The notes: generated by a model not told the origin, from the letters alone. A stretch of DNA of 61,995 bases, filler included, from Actinomycetota bacterium (GCA_046725875.1; 3 parts of 3 records of this genome joined end to end with filler, not necessarily neighbours in it), one strand, 5' to 3'. Positions 8,729 to 18,028 are shown, counted from the whole stretch's first letter. Program-made: numbers and translations.

Positions 8729-9469
8729 ATGGCAGGTGCAGGTGACGGCAGAGGCCGGACCGTGACGGACGAGACCGAGACGATGCGATTCGAACGGCCG
8801 CGACGCGTGGGTCGCGCGCCCTGGTCGTGGCCGGCCCGCGCGGTCGCCGTCGCCGCGCTCATTACCGCGGTCGTGCTGGCGGCCGCCTTCGCGGGACTCA
8901 TCCGCTTGCTGCCGCAGCTGCACAATCCGTTCGCTGAGCGCGAGGTTGACCGCAGCGGCCCGGCGGTCTTGCAGTCAATCCAGGACCTCAGCAGGTACGA
9001 GGCGGCGGCCGGCTCCTTCCAGGTCGTCATCGACCTGGAGAAGGACGTTCCTTTCATTCCAGGAGTGATCAAGGGTCAGCGCACGCTATTCGTCGCCGTC
9101 GGAACCGTCGGCGCTTATGTCGACTTCGGCCGCATCGGCCAAGACGCGATCGAGGTCAGCGAGGACCGCCGCACCGCGACCATCACCCTTCCGGCGCCGG
9201 CATTGGACCGGACCAACCTGGACAGCGAGCACAGCTACGTCTTTGCTCAGCAGCGTGGCATCCTCGACCGGCTCGGTTCGGTCTTCTCCGACAATCCCGA
9301 TGACCAGCGAGAGCTGTACAGCCTGGCCGAGCAGCGAATCCAGGTCGCTGCCCAGCAGACGGGATTGGTGGACCGCGCGGAGCGGAACACCCGGGCGATG
9401 CTGACCGGCATGCTCAGCTCGCTGGGCTTCACCAACGTGATCGTGAGGTTCGAACCGCCTCAGCCGTGA
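8729..9469 (+). CDS. DUF4230-type membrane-anchored protein
   Basis: N-terminal TM, then AVLQSIQDLSRY, GTVGAYVDF, ITLPAP, AERNTRAMLTGMLSSLGF. Confidence 0.8.
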   Translation: MAGAGDGRGRTVTDETETMRFERPRRVGRAPWSWPARAVAVAALITAVVLAAAFAGLIRLLPQLHNPFAEREVDRSGPAVLQSIQDLSRYEAAAGSFQVVIDLEKDVPFIPGVIKGQRTLFVAVGTVGAYVDFGRIGQDAIEVSEDRRTATITLPAPALDRTNLDSEHSYVFAQQRGILDRLGSVFSDNPDDQRELYSLAEQRIQVAAQQTGLVDRAERNTRAMLTGMLSSLGFTNVIVRFEPPQP

Positions 9470-9617
9470 CCAGAGCCTGAGGCGGGCGCGCCCGATATCG
9501 AGGCGACGCGCCGGTCGGGTACCCGTACACTTATCGAGTGGCACGAGCGTGCCCCTAACGACCGAACTCAGTCGAGCCGCCGCGCGAGCCGCGATCGGAG
9601 GGAAGGAGGTGGGTCCT

Positions 9618-9680
9618 ATGGCCGTCGTCTTCCGCATGCCCACGCAACCCACCCCATCTTCCTGGGCCGGCTGCGCCTGA
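9618..9680 (+). CDS. Putative 20-aa leader peptide upstream of rsgA
   Basis: Very strong SD GGAAGGAGGT (9601-9610), ATG 9618, MAVVFRMPTQPTPSSWAGCA-TGA; alternative pairings in the leader. Confidence 0.55.
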   Translation: MAVVFRMPTQPTPSSWAGCA

Positions 9681-9806
9681 GCGTGTCCGCTTGACCACGA
9701 GAAATCCGTCGCCGATCTTCTCTCTCGGGTAGAACCGGGCGCGCGCAGCCTCTGATTCGAGCACGACAGCGCAGGCCGCCCTTCAATGCGAAGGGTTCAC
9801 TCGATC

Positions 9807-10913
9807 GTGACTTCGTTGATCGATCTTCCGTCCCTCGGTTGGGACGACAACTTCGCGGGGTCGTACGCCCCGTACAACACCGTCGGCAACGCACCCGCGC
9901 GGGTGACCAGGGTCGACCGCGGCCAACTCGACGCCATCCGCGCCGACGGAGCGGTCCGCGCGGTCATCCCGCCGAAGCTGCTGATCGCTGCCAGCGAGGA
10001 TCCGACCCAGTATCCGTGCACCGGCGACTGGGTGGTCATCGGTGCCTCTAACGGGCCCGGCTTCGGATCCGCGGACGGGTCTCGCCTGCCCGCCGTCGAG
10101 GCTGTGCTGCCTCGCCGCACCGCCCTTGTCCGGGCCGGCGCGGAAGGTCGGATCGCGCTCGGGCAAGTGCTGGCGGCCAATATGGACACATCTGTCATCG
10201 TCGAGGGCCTGTGGCCGGAACCTGACCTAGGCAGAATCGAGCGGCTTCTCGCCCTGTCTTGGGAGAGCGGTGCGCAGCCAGTCGTCGTACTCACCAAGGC
10301 GGACCTCGCACCCGACGCTGGGCAGCTCCGGGACGACGTGGCGGACGCCGCGCCCGGTGCGTCCGTCTATGCCGTGTCGGCGGTCAGCGGCGATGGGGTC
10401 GATGCGATCGTGCCCTATGTGACGACCGGCCGGACCGTGGTCTTCCTCGGCCCTTCCGGAGCCGGGAAGTCCACCCTCACCAACGCCCTCGCCGGGGAGG
10501 ATGTGATGGCGACCCGAACGACGAGGACCGACCACAAGGGCCGCCACATGACCGCGCACCGCGAGCTCGTCATACTGCCGACCGGGGGCATGGTCATCGA
10601 CACCCCGGGGCTGCGCGCGGTCGGCCTGTGGGAGTCCACCGCCGCGCTCGACCTGGTGTTCGCCGACATCGAGGAGCTGGCTGGCTCCTGCCGGTTCGGC
10701 GACTGCCGGCACGCCGGTGAGCCGGGTTGCGCTGTGCTCGCCGCGATGGATGACGGCACGCTGCCCGAGCGGCGGCTCAAGAGCTGGCGGAAGCTGCAGC
10801 GGGAGGCGGCCTGGATAGCCTCTCGGTCGGACGCCCGGCTCCGCCAGGAACGCGGGCTGGCGTGGAAGCGGATCCACCGCGAGATGCGGCGCAGCGGGCG
10901 GATCCGGCCCTGA
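9807..10913 (+). CDS. rsgA: Ribosome small subunit-dependent GTPase A (circularly permuted GTPase)
   Basis: TGDWV, TKADL (G4), GPSGAGKS (G1), KGRHMT (G2), DTPG (G3), CRFGDCRHAGEPGC Zn finger; start GTG 9807 or ATG 9786. Confidence 0.95.
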   Translation: MTSLIDLPSLGWDDNFAGSYAPYNTVGNAPARVTRVDRGQLDAIRADGAVRAVIPPKLLIAASEDPTQYPCTGDWVVIGASNGPGFGSADGSRLPAVEAVLPRRTALVRAGAEGRIALGQVLAANMDTSVIVEGLWPEPDLGRIERLLALSWESGAQPVVVLTKADLAPDAGQLRDDVADAAPGASVYAVSAVSGDGVDAIVPYVTTGRTVVFLGPSGAGKSTLTNALAGEDVMATRTTRTDHKGRHMTAHRELVILPTGGMVIDTPGLRAVGLWESTAALDLVFADIEELAGSCRFGDCRHAGEPGCAVLAAMDDGTLPERRLKSWRKLQREAAWIASRSDARLRQERGLAWKRIHREMRRSGRIRP

Positions 10914-11010
10914 CGAACCGGTTCGGTTGAGGAGCCGCGCTCGATCCGGCCGAGCGCCTCTAGCCGTTACAGCGCTGGTCGTCACGGTGGAGATGCCGTA
11001 CGGTGCTCGC

Positions 11011-12909
11011 GTGTTCGTCCGGGTCAATGTGGTCATCGGCGCGATCGCCGCAGCCGTGGCCGCCGTGCTCGCCGTGGTCTTCGTGGTTTTCGGATCCGGC
11101 GATGACGAGGCCAAGGACGAGGCGACGGCGGCGGCGGCAACATTCGTCTACTCGTGGGCGGCCGAGGACTTCGACCGGGCTGGGAGTGCCACCGACGCAC
11201 CCGAAAAAGCGGCGGGGGCACTCGAAGAGGCGGCGGTGCGGCTCTCGATGAGCTCAATCGCGGTTACCGGGCTCGACGTGTCGCTTGACAACAGTGCGCA
11301 TGCCGGCACCGCAAGGTTCACGGTCAGGAGCACGCTTTCCGGCCTGGGGGACTGGACGTATCAGAGTGCAGCGCCGCTGGTGAAGACCGAGGATGGCTGG
11401 ACCGTTCATTGGGAGTCGCGGATCATCCACCCCCAGCTGACGGCGCAGACCCGGCTCGGGCGCGAGCGGCAGATACCGGAGCGAGCGCCGATCCTCGACC
11501 GCAACAGGACGCCGCTCGTCACCGATCGGGCCGTCATCACGTTCGGAATCTGGCCGAGCAAGCTGACCGACCCTGATCGCGCATATCAGGAGATAGGCGA
11601 CAACCTCGACGTGGACGTCGCCAACCTCCGCGACCGGGTCGCGAAGGCGCCCAAGGACCAGTTCGTCGAGATCATCACGTTGCGCGAGTCCGCGGCCGCG
11701 ACCGCCGCCGCCGCGCTGGACGGCATACCGGGCATCGTCCAACGCCCCGGCACCCGCCCGCTCGCCCCTACCCGGGAGTTTGCCCGTGCGGTGCTGGGCA
11801 CCGTGCTGCTCGCTACGGCGGAGACGCTTAGGAATGCCGGTCCGACCGCGTCCGCCGCTGACCTGGTCGGCAGCTCCGGCCTGGCTTTCGCCTACCAGAA
11901 GCAACTCGCGGGGGTGGCGAGCGGCAAGGTGGTGCTGGTTGATCGCGAGACCGACGAACCGGTGGCGACGCTCCACGAGTTCCGCGGAGCCTCCGGCAAG
12001 CCGCTGAAGACCACGCTCGATCTCAGAGTGCAACAGGCTGCCGAAGCTGCGCTCCCCGATACTACGAAGCCAACGGCTCTCGTCGCCATCGAAGCGACGA
12101 CCGGGAAGATCCTCGCCGCCGCGAACGGACCCGGGGCGCAGGACCTGAACCGAGCCTTCGTCGGGCGCTATCCGCCCGGATCGACCTTCAAGGTCGTTAC
12201 GACCGCGGCGCTGCTGGCCAATGGGTTGTCTCCGACCGAGTCGGTGAACTGCCCGAAGACGGTGACCATTGAAGGCAAGGACTTCGGGAACTTCGAGTCG
12301 TTCGAGCTGGGCAGGGTGCCATTCCGCACCGATTTCGCGCATTCATGTAACACCGCCTTCGTCAGCCTCCGAAATCGGCTGGACACGGACGCGCTGCCCG
12401 AGACGGCGGCCCAGTTCGGTCTCGGCGGCGACTGGAGGGTCGGCCTCCCCGTCTACAGCGGCTCCGTGCCGCCGCCCGCCGGCGCGGTCGACCAAGCGGC
12501 CGAGATGATCGGCCAGGGCAAGGTGCTCGCTAGCCCGCTAGCCATGGCAAGCGTGGCCGCAACCGTTGCAGCCGGGGAGTTCCACCAGCCCTTTCTAGTC
12601 GACGACGGCTCCGCCCGTTTCCGGCCGGCGAACGCAGTGCCGGCCGGGGCGCTCGAGGAGCTGCGGTCGCTGATGCGGGCCGTGGTGTTGGAGGGCTCGG
12701 GCTCGGCGCTTCGCGCCATGCCGGGCGAGCCGGGTGCGAAGACGGGCACCGCGGAGTACGGGGACGAACAGCCACCGCGGACCCACGCCTGGATGATCGG
12801 GTTCCGCGGGGACCTCGCGTTCGCGGTCGTCGTCGAGGACGGCGGCATTGGGGGGAAGGTCGCGGGCCCCATCGCCGCCCGCTTCCTCAGCGCTTTGCCG
12901 GCGTCCTAG
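11011..12909 (+). CDS. Class B penicillin-binding protein (MecA/NTF2-like N-terminus + transpeptidase)
   Basis: N-terminal TM; SxxK (STFK), SxN (SCN), KTG (KTGT); TACGGT 6 nt before GTG 11011 suggests a leaderless start. Confidence 0.92.
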   Translation: MFVRVNVVIGAIAAAVAAVLAVVFVVFGSGDDEAKDEATAAAATFVYSWAAEDFDRAGSATDAPEKAAGALEEAAVRLSMSSIAVTGLDVSLDNSAHAGTARFTVRSTLSGLGDWTYQSAAPLVKTEDGWTVHWESRIIHPQLTAQTRLGRERQIPERAPILDRNRTPLVTDRAVITFGIWPSKLTDPDRAYQEIGDNLDVDVANLRDRVAKAPKDQFVEIITLRESAAATAAAALDGIPGIVQRPGTRPLAPTREFARAVLGTVLLATAETLRNAGPTASAADLVGSSGLAFAYQKQLAGVASGKVVLVDRETDEPVATLHEFRGASGKPLKTTLDLRVQQAAEAALPDTTKPTALVAIEATTGKILAAANGPGAQDLNRAFVGRYPPGSTFKVVTTAALLANGLSPTESVNCPKTVTIEGKDFGNFESFELGRVPFRTDFAHSCNTAFVSLRNRLDTDALPETAAQFGLGGDWRVGLPVYSGSVPPPAGAVDQAAEMIGQGKVLASPLAMASVAATVAAGEFHQPFLVDDGSARFRPANAVPAGALEELRSLMRAVVLEGSGSALRAMPGEPGAKTGTAEYGDEQPPRTHAWMIGFRGDLAFAVVVEDGGIGGKVAGPIAARFLSALPAS

Positions 12910-12923
12910 GCGGCCGGCTCAGG

Positions 12924-13154
12924 CTACAGCCTGATCAGCTTCGTGTCGGGGATCGGAATGCGTCGCACCCCCGTCCCGAAATCGACCACCACGGCCGTTT
13001 CACCTTCGGTTGCGACCACCGTGCCTAGGCCGAAGCTGTCGTGATTCACCCGGTCGTCGACCGAGAAGCGCGGAGCGGGAGGCTGCGCCTTCCGCGCCAC
13101 GTTGAACGGGCTTCCAGGCAGGACGCGCCGCGGGGTCGCTTGACGAGGGCTCAT
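12924..13154 (-). CDS. Small protein resembling the PcrA/UvrD C-terminal Tudor-like domain
   Basis: GGGGGAG RBS, ATG 13154; FSVDDRVNHDSFGLGTVVATEG...VVDFG pattern. Confidence 0.7.
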   Translation of the reverse strand: MSPRQATPRRVLPGSPFNVARKAQPPAPRFSVDDRVNHDSFGLGTVVATEGETAVVVDFGTGVRRIPIPDTKLIRL

Positions 13155-13219
13155 TTGCCCAGTCTCCCCCTTCGAATGTCCCACCGCGACCCAATCGACC
13201 AGACTGACAACCAGAGTCG

Positions 13220-13474
13220 TCAGACGGGCGGGCCGCCGGCGAGCCTACCCGTGCCCTCGCACTGATCGCAGGCTTGCGGGATTCCCGCGGTCACGGTGCG
13301 CGGTTTGCCGTCATCGGTCCTGATTACCGCGGCGAATGGCGCGAGCCGATGACCCCGACCGCGGCACTCGGGGCAGAGGAGCCTCGGCGCACGCGCTGCA
13401 GGCGGCCCAGGATCGCGGTCCGTCACGACGAACACCGTAGCCAGGAGCTCCCATTCCGCCGCGACCGCCCGCAC
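13220..13474 (-). CDS. Small protein with two CxxCxGxG motifs (DnaJ-type zinc finger half); start uncertain
   Basis: CPECRGRG and CDQCEGTG motifs. Confidence 0.6.
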   Translation of the reverse strand: MRAVAAEWELLATVFVVTDRDPGPPAARAPRLLCPECRGRGHRLAPFAAVIRTDDGKPRTVTAGIPQACDQCEGTGRLAGGPPV

Positions 13475-13487
13475 ACCTCGGGGTCGG

Positions 13488-13793
13488 TTACTCGTCGTCG
13501 GGCAGTGCCCGCAGGCGGTCAGGATCGTCGGTGACCCGCACGATGCCCGGACCTACGAGTTCTGCCTCGACCAGCCACCGCCTGTGCTCGGGGAGCCTGA
13601 CCGCAGCCACCGGCGGGAGCAGCGCCGTGAGCTGTCGGCCGGTGGCGTCTTCCAGAACGGGCGGGTTGCCGGGCATTTGATATACGGCATCGACCTGGAT
13701 GGTGCAGCGGGCCCAGCCCTCGGCCGGGCCGGCCGTGCACTCGCCGACCTGCGTACAAACCAACTCCACGCGACCGCCGCGAGCGCTCACCAT
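13488..13793 (-). CDS. Hypothetical protein
   Basis: About 101-aa ORF co-oriented with neighbours, GGAG upstream of ATG 13793; no recognised motif. Confidence 0.5.
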   Translation of the reverse strand: MVSARGGRVELVCTQVGECTAGPAEGWARCTIQVDAVYQMPGNPPVLEDATGRQLTALLPPVAAVRLPEHRRWLVEAELVGPGIVRVTDDPDRLRALPDDE

Positions 13794-13879
13794 GGCACGC
13801 ATTCTCCATCAACCGGGTCGGGAACCCGTACTCGGTCCAGGCGCGGTGTGTCATCACCGCTTTTGCGCGGCGGGGTCGG

Positions 13880-15394
13880 TCAACCGACAGGTGGGAGGCC
13901 CGATCCTGCATTCTGGAGCCTGGTGACGGAGGCCTCAAGCGCGCTGATCCGCTCGTCGAGCTTCCTCATCTCTTCACCGATTTCACCGAGATCGGCCGGC
14001 GGCTGAACCGCAGCCTCCACTCCGAGCCGGACTGTCATGGCCTGCGCGGCTTCCGGGACCTCCGTGATCGATACGCCGGTGGACACGCCCGCGTAGGACC
14101 TGCTATCGGGGCTGGAGACGTCGGTGAACGCCGTGTTGTTCGCCGATCCTGGGTAGGGGTCGCCACCGTCGCCCTGGTTTGCATTGCCCTCCATGTCCTT
14201 CCGGCCATCGGCTTGCACGAGCGCAACCTTGTAGTGGCGTTCGTCGCGATTGGTCGAGACGGCATCGTCGATATGCCAGACCAGCAGGCCGTCGCCGGGA
14301 AGCGACGCGTCGTAGCCGGATCGCTGTCGGTTCTCGACCAGGAAGTACTCCGTGCCGATCGCGCCTTCCTTCCACAGCCGGTAGACGGTGCGTCCGGTTT
14401 TGACCTCGTTGATCGTCACCGCTGCGTTTACCGTCTGGTTGACAACATCGACCCAGCCCTGGGTGAGCTTGCACCAAGCCGACGGGTGGACCGGCCGGTC
14501 GCCGCCGAGACCCCAAGAGCCCGCGGCCATCAGGCACCAGTCACCGACGCCGGCCGATGTGTAGTCGGTGTCGTAGAGGTCGGGCCAGCCAAAGAGCAGG
14601 TGGCCGAGCTCATGAGCGCATACGCCGATCTTTGCGTCCTCCGGAATGGTCAGGTAACCGAAGACCCGCGTGCCATCGACGGCGCGCTCCGCCGGCAGAA
14701 CCCACTTATGCGACCAGATGTCGCCGGCCGCGCCGCTTTCCTCCGCCCCGCGTCCGGCGTGTACGACGATGAACGCATCGACGTAGCCGTTGCCGTCGTT
14801 GTCGTACGGCGTGAAGTCGATGTCCGGGTCGGCCGCGCGGAGTGCATCGGCGGCCATGGTCCGTGCGTTCGGCTCGGTGGCTTGGGTGCCGTTCTCTGCG
14901 CCGGCGTAGACGGCGATCCCGCGGGGGAGTGTGTACGGCCCGGCGACCTCGCCGTCGAGCGTGATGAGGCCACCGGTGACGTCCGAGTAGTACTCCTTCA
15001 CGCTTCCGTGCTCGAGCACGCCAGTGGAGAAGAAGAGGTCGCGGAGACGGCCGGCGGTGCCTGCCGCGATCGGCTTATCGGGGAAGTCGACGAGGACGAC
15101 CACGACACGAACCGTCCCGCGCAGCGGCGCCCGGTCGAGTGCCGCGCGCCGGGCCACCTCGGCCGGCGTCCCGGCCGGGTAGCGCGTCCCCGGGATTATG
15201 AGACCGTCGTTGAAGCCCGGGCGATCGGTCTCGCTTAGCCGCAGCCGCGGGGCCAGGAAGCTGTCCGCGCGGTTGCGAAGCTCAGCGAGTTCGGTGACGA
15301 TCCGCCCCCGCAACTCCGCCGCCGGCGGCATTACGCACAGATCGTCGACCTGGTGGTTGCGCACGACGAGGTGCCGTTTCTGGGCAGTATTCAT
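13880..15394 (-). CDS. M6 family (immune inhibitor A-like) zinc metalloprotease
   Basis: VVLVDFPD, YDNDGNGYVD, IWSH, HELGHLLFGWPDLYD, EYFLVENRQ; no signal peptide visible; C-terminal coiled-coil. Confidence 0.92.
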   Translation of the reverse strand: MNTAQKRHLVVRNHQVDDLCVMPPAAELRGRIVTELAELRNRADSFLAPRLRLSETDRPGFNDGLIIPGTRYPAGTPAEVARRAALDRAPLRGTVRVVVVLVDFPDKPIAAGTAGRLRDLFFSTGVLEHGSVKEYYSDVTGGLITLDGEVAGPYTLPRGIAVYAGAENGTQATEPNARTMAADALRAADPDIDFTPYDNDGNGYVDAFIVVHAGRGAEESGAAGDIWSHKWVLPAERAVDGTRVFGYLTIPEDAKIGVCAHELGHLLFGWPDLYDTDYTSAGVGDWCLMAAGSWGLGGDRPVHPSAWCKLTQGWVDVVNQTVNAAVTINEVKTGRTVYRLWKEGAIGTEYFLVENRQRSGYDASLPGDGLLVWHIDDAVSTNRDERHYKVALVQADGRKDMEGNANQGDGGDPYPGSANNTAFTDVSSPDSRSYAGVSTGVSITEVPEAAQAMTVRLGVEAAVQPPADLGEIGEEMRKLDERISALEASVTRLQNAGSGLPPVG

Positions 15395-15600
15395 GCGATT
15401 CCCCGCATGCTCGCGAGCAGGCGACCCCGGTGGTCGCTGCTACTTGCCCTCACACCTAAACCCTCAGCCAGGACGCGTCAATAGCTCGGAACACAACGGA
15501 TCCGCTGATTCCTCGGACCATCCGGCGATCGCGCTCCGCCGCGTCTTGTCGGTAGTGGGGGACACCATGGCGACGTCAGCATTCGTGGAGGGAGCCCCCT

Positions 15601-16089
15601 ATGCAGTGGCACGAATTCGAGGCAGCGTGTCCGGAGTTGGCCGGGCTCGCGGTCGAGCGCTTCACCAAGGATCAGCTTGTGCTATTGGGCACGAATCGCC
15701 CCGATGGCTGGCCGAGGATCAGCCCGTGCGAGCTCGACTTTGCGGCCGGTGAGCTCTTCCTTGGCATGATGTGGCAGTCGTGGAAGGCACGGGATCTGCT
15801 GCGCGATCCGCGAATCTCCGTCCACAGTCTTCCGTCGGGGAAGGATAATCCGGCGGGGGATATCAAGCTCTACGGGCGGGTAGTCGACGTGACCGATCCC
15901 GAGCAGCGCTCGGCCTTCATCGAAGCTATCACCGCGCGGATCGACTGGGCTCCGACGGAGCCATACCACCTCTTCGCGCTCGACGTGGCGCATGGGGGCC
16001 ACATCCGCTTCGGAGACGGGATGATCACGACGTGGGTTTGGGACCCGGAATCGGGTCTCGAGCAGGCGCAGCGACCAGACACCACCTGA
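15601..16089 (+). CDS. Pyridoxamine 5'-phosphate oxidase (split-barrel) family protein
   Basis: LGTNRPDGWPRISP, KARDLLRDPRISVH; GGAGGGAG RBS. Confidence 0.85.
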   Translation: MQWHEFEAACPELAGLAVERFTKDQLVLLGTNRPDGWPRISPCELDFAAGELFLGMMWQSWKARDLLRDPRISVHSLPSGKDNPAGDIKLYGRVVDVTDPEQRSAFIEAITARIDWAPTEPYHLFALDVAHGGHIRFGDGMITTWVWDPESGLEQAQRPDTT

Positions 16090-16203
16090 ATGCGGAGGCT
16101 GAGTGGCCGTGGATAGGAATTGTTCGGCGGCAGCCAGCCGACTCGCCGTAGTCGGGCATCGCGCGGCCCCGCCTGGACGCCCCGCAGCCCACGCCGAGAA
16201 CGG

Positions 16204-16335
16204 TGGACCGCGGCCTCGAAAATCAGGGCGGATTCGAAGATCAAAGGACCGTCAGCTTGACGAATCTGGCTGCTCAGTCGATGTCACGGTCCATTTATCT
16301 TCGAATCGCCTGATCATCTTCGAGCTCACGGTCCA
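16204..16335. repeat. Long imperfect inverted repeat (about 50-bp arms, 33-nt loop), REP/MITE-like
   Basis: Left arm 16204-16252 tggaccgcggcctcgaaaatcagggcggattcgaagatcaaaggaccgt; reverse complement of right arm 16286-16335 tggaccgtgagctcgaagatgatcaggcgattcgaagataaatggaccgt. Confidence 0.8.
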
Positions 16336-16339
16336 GTGT

Positions 16340-16890
16340 TACGGCCGCAGCCGCCGTCGTAGCCGCCGAGGCATGTGCTGGCGTATGTGGGACCGCCGGG
16401 CACGTTATCCGCGTGCTTCCGCAGGTCTACTGCCTGCCGGAAATGGTGGCAATTGGCCGGATCCGGCGTGCTGCCCTGTTCTATGCCGGAGACGGCAGCG
16501 CGCTTAGTCATCGGACCGCCCTCGCGGTGTGGGGGCTGCGGCCAGCTGCTCCTGACGAGCCGATCGACGTGCCGGTGGCCGGCAACCGTCGCCTGCGGAA
16601 CGGGCCCGGCGTGGTCATCCACAGACGGGTTGGTTCCGAAGGTCTGGCCAACGGCACCGTGTGCCGCCACGGTCTCCCGGTCGTCCGGCTGGAACGCGCG
16701 GTGGTGGAGAGCTGGCCGCAGCTCGACGCGGACGAGCGGCGGGCGCCGGCAATCGTGGCGGTCAGGAGCAGGCGAACTACGGCGGGTCGGCTGCTCGCCG
16801 CGGCGAAGCAGCTGCCCAAGCTGGCTGGAAAAGCAGAACTGGTTCGGCTGATCAGCCTCCTCGGTGGAGGATGCCACAGCAAGCTCAAGC
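16340..16890 (+). pseudogene. AbiEi-like / DUF559-associated protein fragment
   Basis: RVLPQVY, AALFYAG...ALSHRTALAVWGL, GLPVVRLERAVVESW, GCHS; 5' end apparently frameshifted, C-terminal nuclease part missing. Confidence 0.65.
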
Positions 16891-16994
16891 GTCCCGTTTA
16901 CAGTCGCGCCGACCCCACGAACGACCCCTTCCTGTTCACAATTTGTTTCAGGATGGCGGGCAACCTTTCGAACGCGGCCGGGCTAGGACTGAGT

Positions 16995-17237
16995 ATGAGG
17001 GGTTTCCGGTTCGACCGGGAGTTCGTCGAGTACGTGGCCGGGGATCAGCGTCGGCTGCAGCGGCTGGCGTTCGCGCTGACCGGTAGTCGGGAGGACGCCG
17101 AGGACCTCGTCCAGGAGACGCTGCTACGTCTGGCCGGGGGCTGGCGCCGGATCGATCAGCGCGGCCCGCACGGCTACGCCACGACGGTGATGGGCCGGCT
17201 CGCGCAGCGGCGGCATCCGCGAGGTCTGCGCGCGTGA
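16995..17237 (+). pseudogene. ECF (SigE-family) sigma factor, region 2 only
   Basis: EFVEYVAG...LQRLAFALTGSREDAEDLVQETL; stops before region 4. Confidence 0.7.
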
Positions 17238-17741
17238 TCGCGACGACCACGCCGGACGGTGGCGACGTGCTCGTCACGGGGCTGCCGATGTCCGGAGTTA
17301 CCAGCACCGTTTGGCGGACCGCCGCGGTGGCGACCGCCGTGGGGATAGCCGGCGTTATCGCCGTTGGCGCCCTCGGCGCCGTCATCGTCCGGCGTGCGCT
17401 ACGGCCGCTGGGCAAGGTCTCCGCGACCGCGACGCAGGTCACCAGGCTGCAGCTCGACCAGGGCGAGGTTGCTCTCGGGGTACGGGTGCCCAACCGAGAA
17501 ACCCATCCCCGAACAGAAGTCGGGCAGGTCGGGAGAGCCCTTAATCGGCTCCTCGAACATGTCGCCGGCGCCTTGAATGCTCGGCACGCGAGCGAGACCA
17601 GGGTCAGGCAGTTCGTCGCCGATGCGAGCCACGAGCTCCGAACCCCGCTCGCCGCGATTCGTGGCTATACGGAGCTGACCAGGCGCAGTCGCAGCAGCGT
17701 CCCGCCCGATGTCGCGTACGCCCTGCGCCGAATGGAGTCGG
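17234..17741 (+). pseudogene. Sensor histidine kinase fragment (TM-HAMP-HisKA), N-terminally truncated, runs into the gap
   Basis: TM, RRALRPL HAMP, EVGQVGRALNRLL, H-box FVADASHELRTPL. Confidence 0.8.
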
Positions 17742-17841
17742 NNNNNNNNNNNNNNNNNNNNNNNNNNNNNNNNNNNNNNNNNNNNTTAATTAATTAANNN
17801 NNNNNNNNNNNNNNNNNNNNNNNNNNNNNNNNNNNNNNNNN
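17742..17841. other. Artificial contig spacer
   Basis: N44-TTAATTAATTAA-N44 (stops in all six frames). Confidence 0.98.
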
Positions 17842-18021
17842 CAGGATCCGCACCACCGTGGTCTTGCCGGCCCCGTTCGAGCCGAGCAGGGCGAAGATGC
17901 TGCCCCGCGCCACCTCGAAGTCCACGCCGCGCAGCACATGCAACGCCTTGTACGACTTCTCCAGGCCCTGCACGTGGATTGCGGGCCCCTGGACCTGATC
18001 GGTTGTTGGCGGGATGCTCAT
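17842..18021 (-). CDS. DrrA-like ABC transporter ATP-binding protein, 5' part (cut by gap)
   Basis: IHVQGLEKSY, VLRGVDFEV, Walker A GSNGAGKTT. Confidence 0.9.
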
Positions 18022-18028
18022 GACAGCC

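Noticed and set aside
17742..17841. TTAATTAATTAA flanked by N runs, repeated at 43824-43923
   Set aside because: Identical 100-nt artificial contig linker; ORFs ending in LIN are artefacts.
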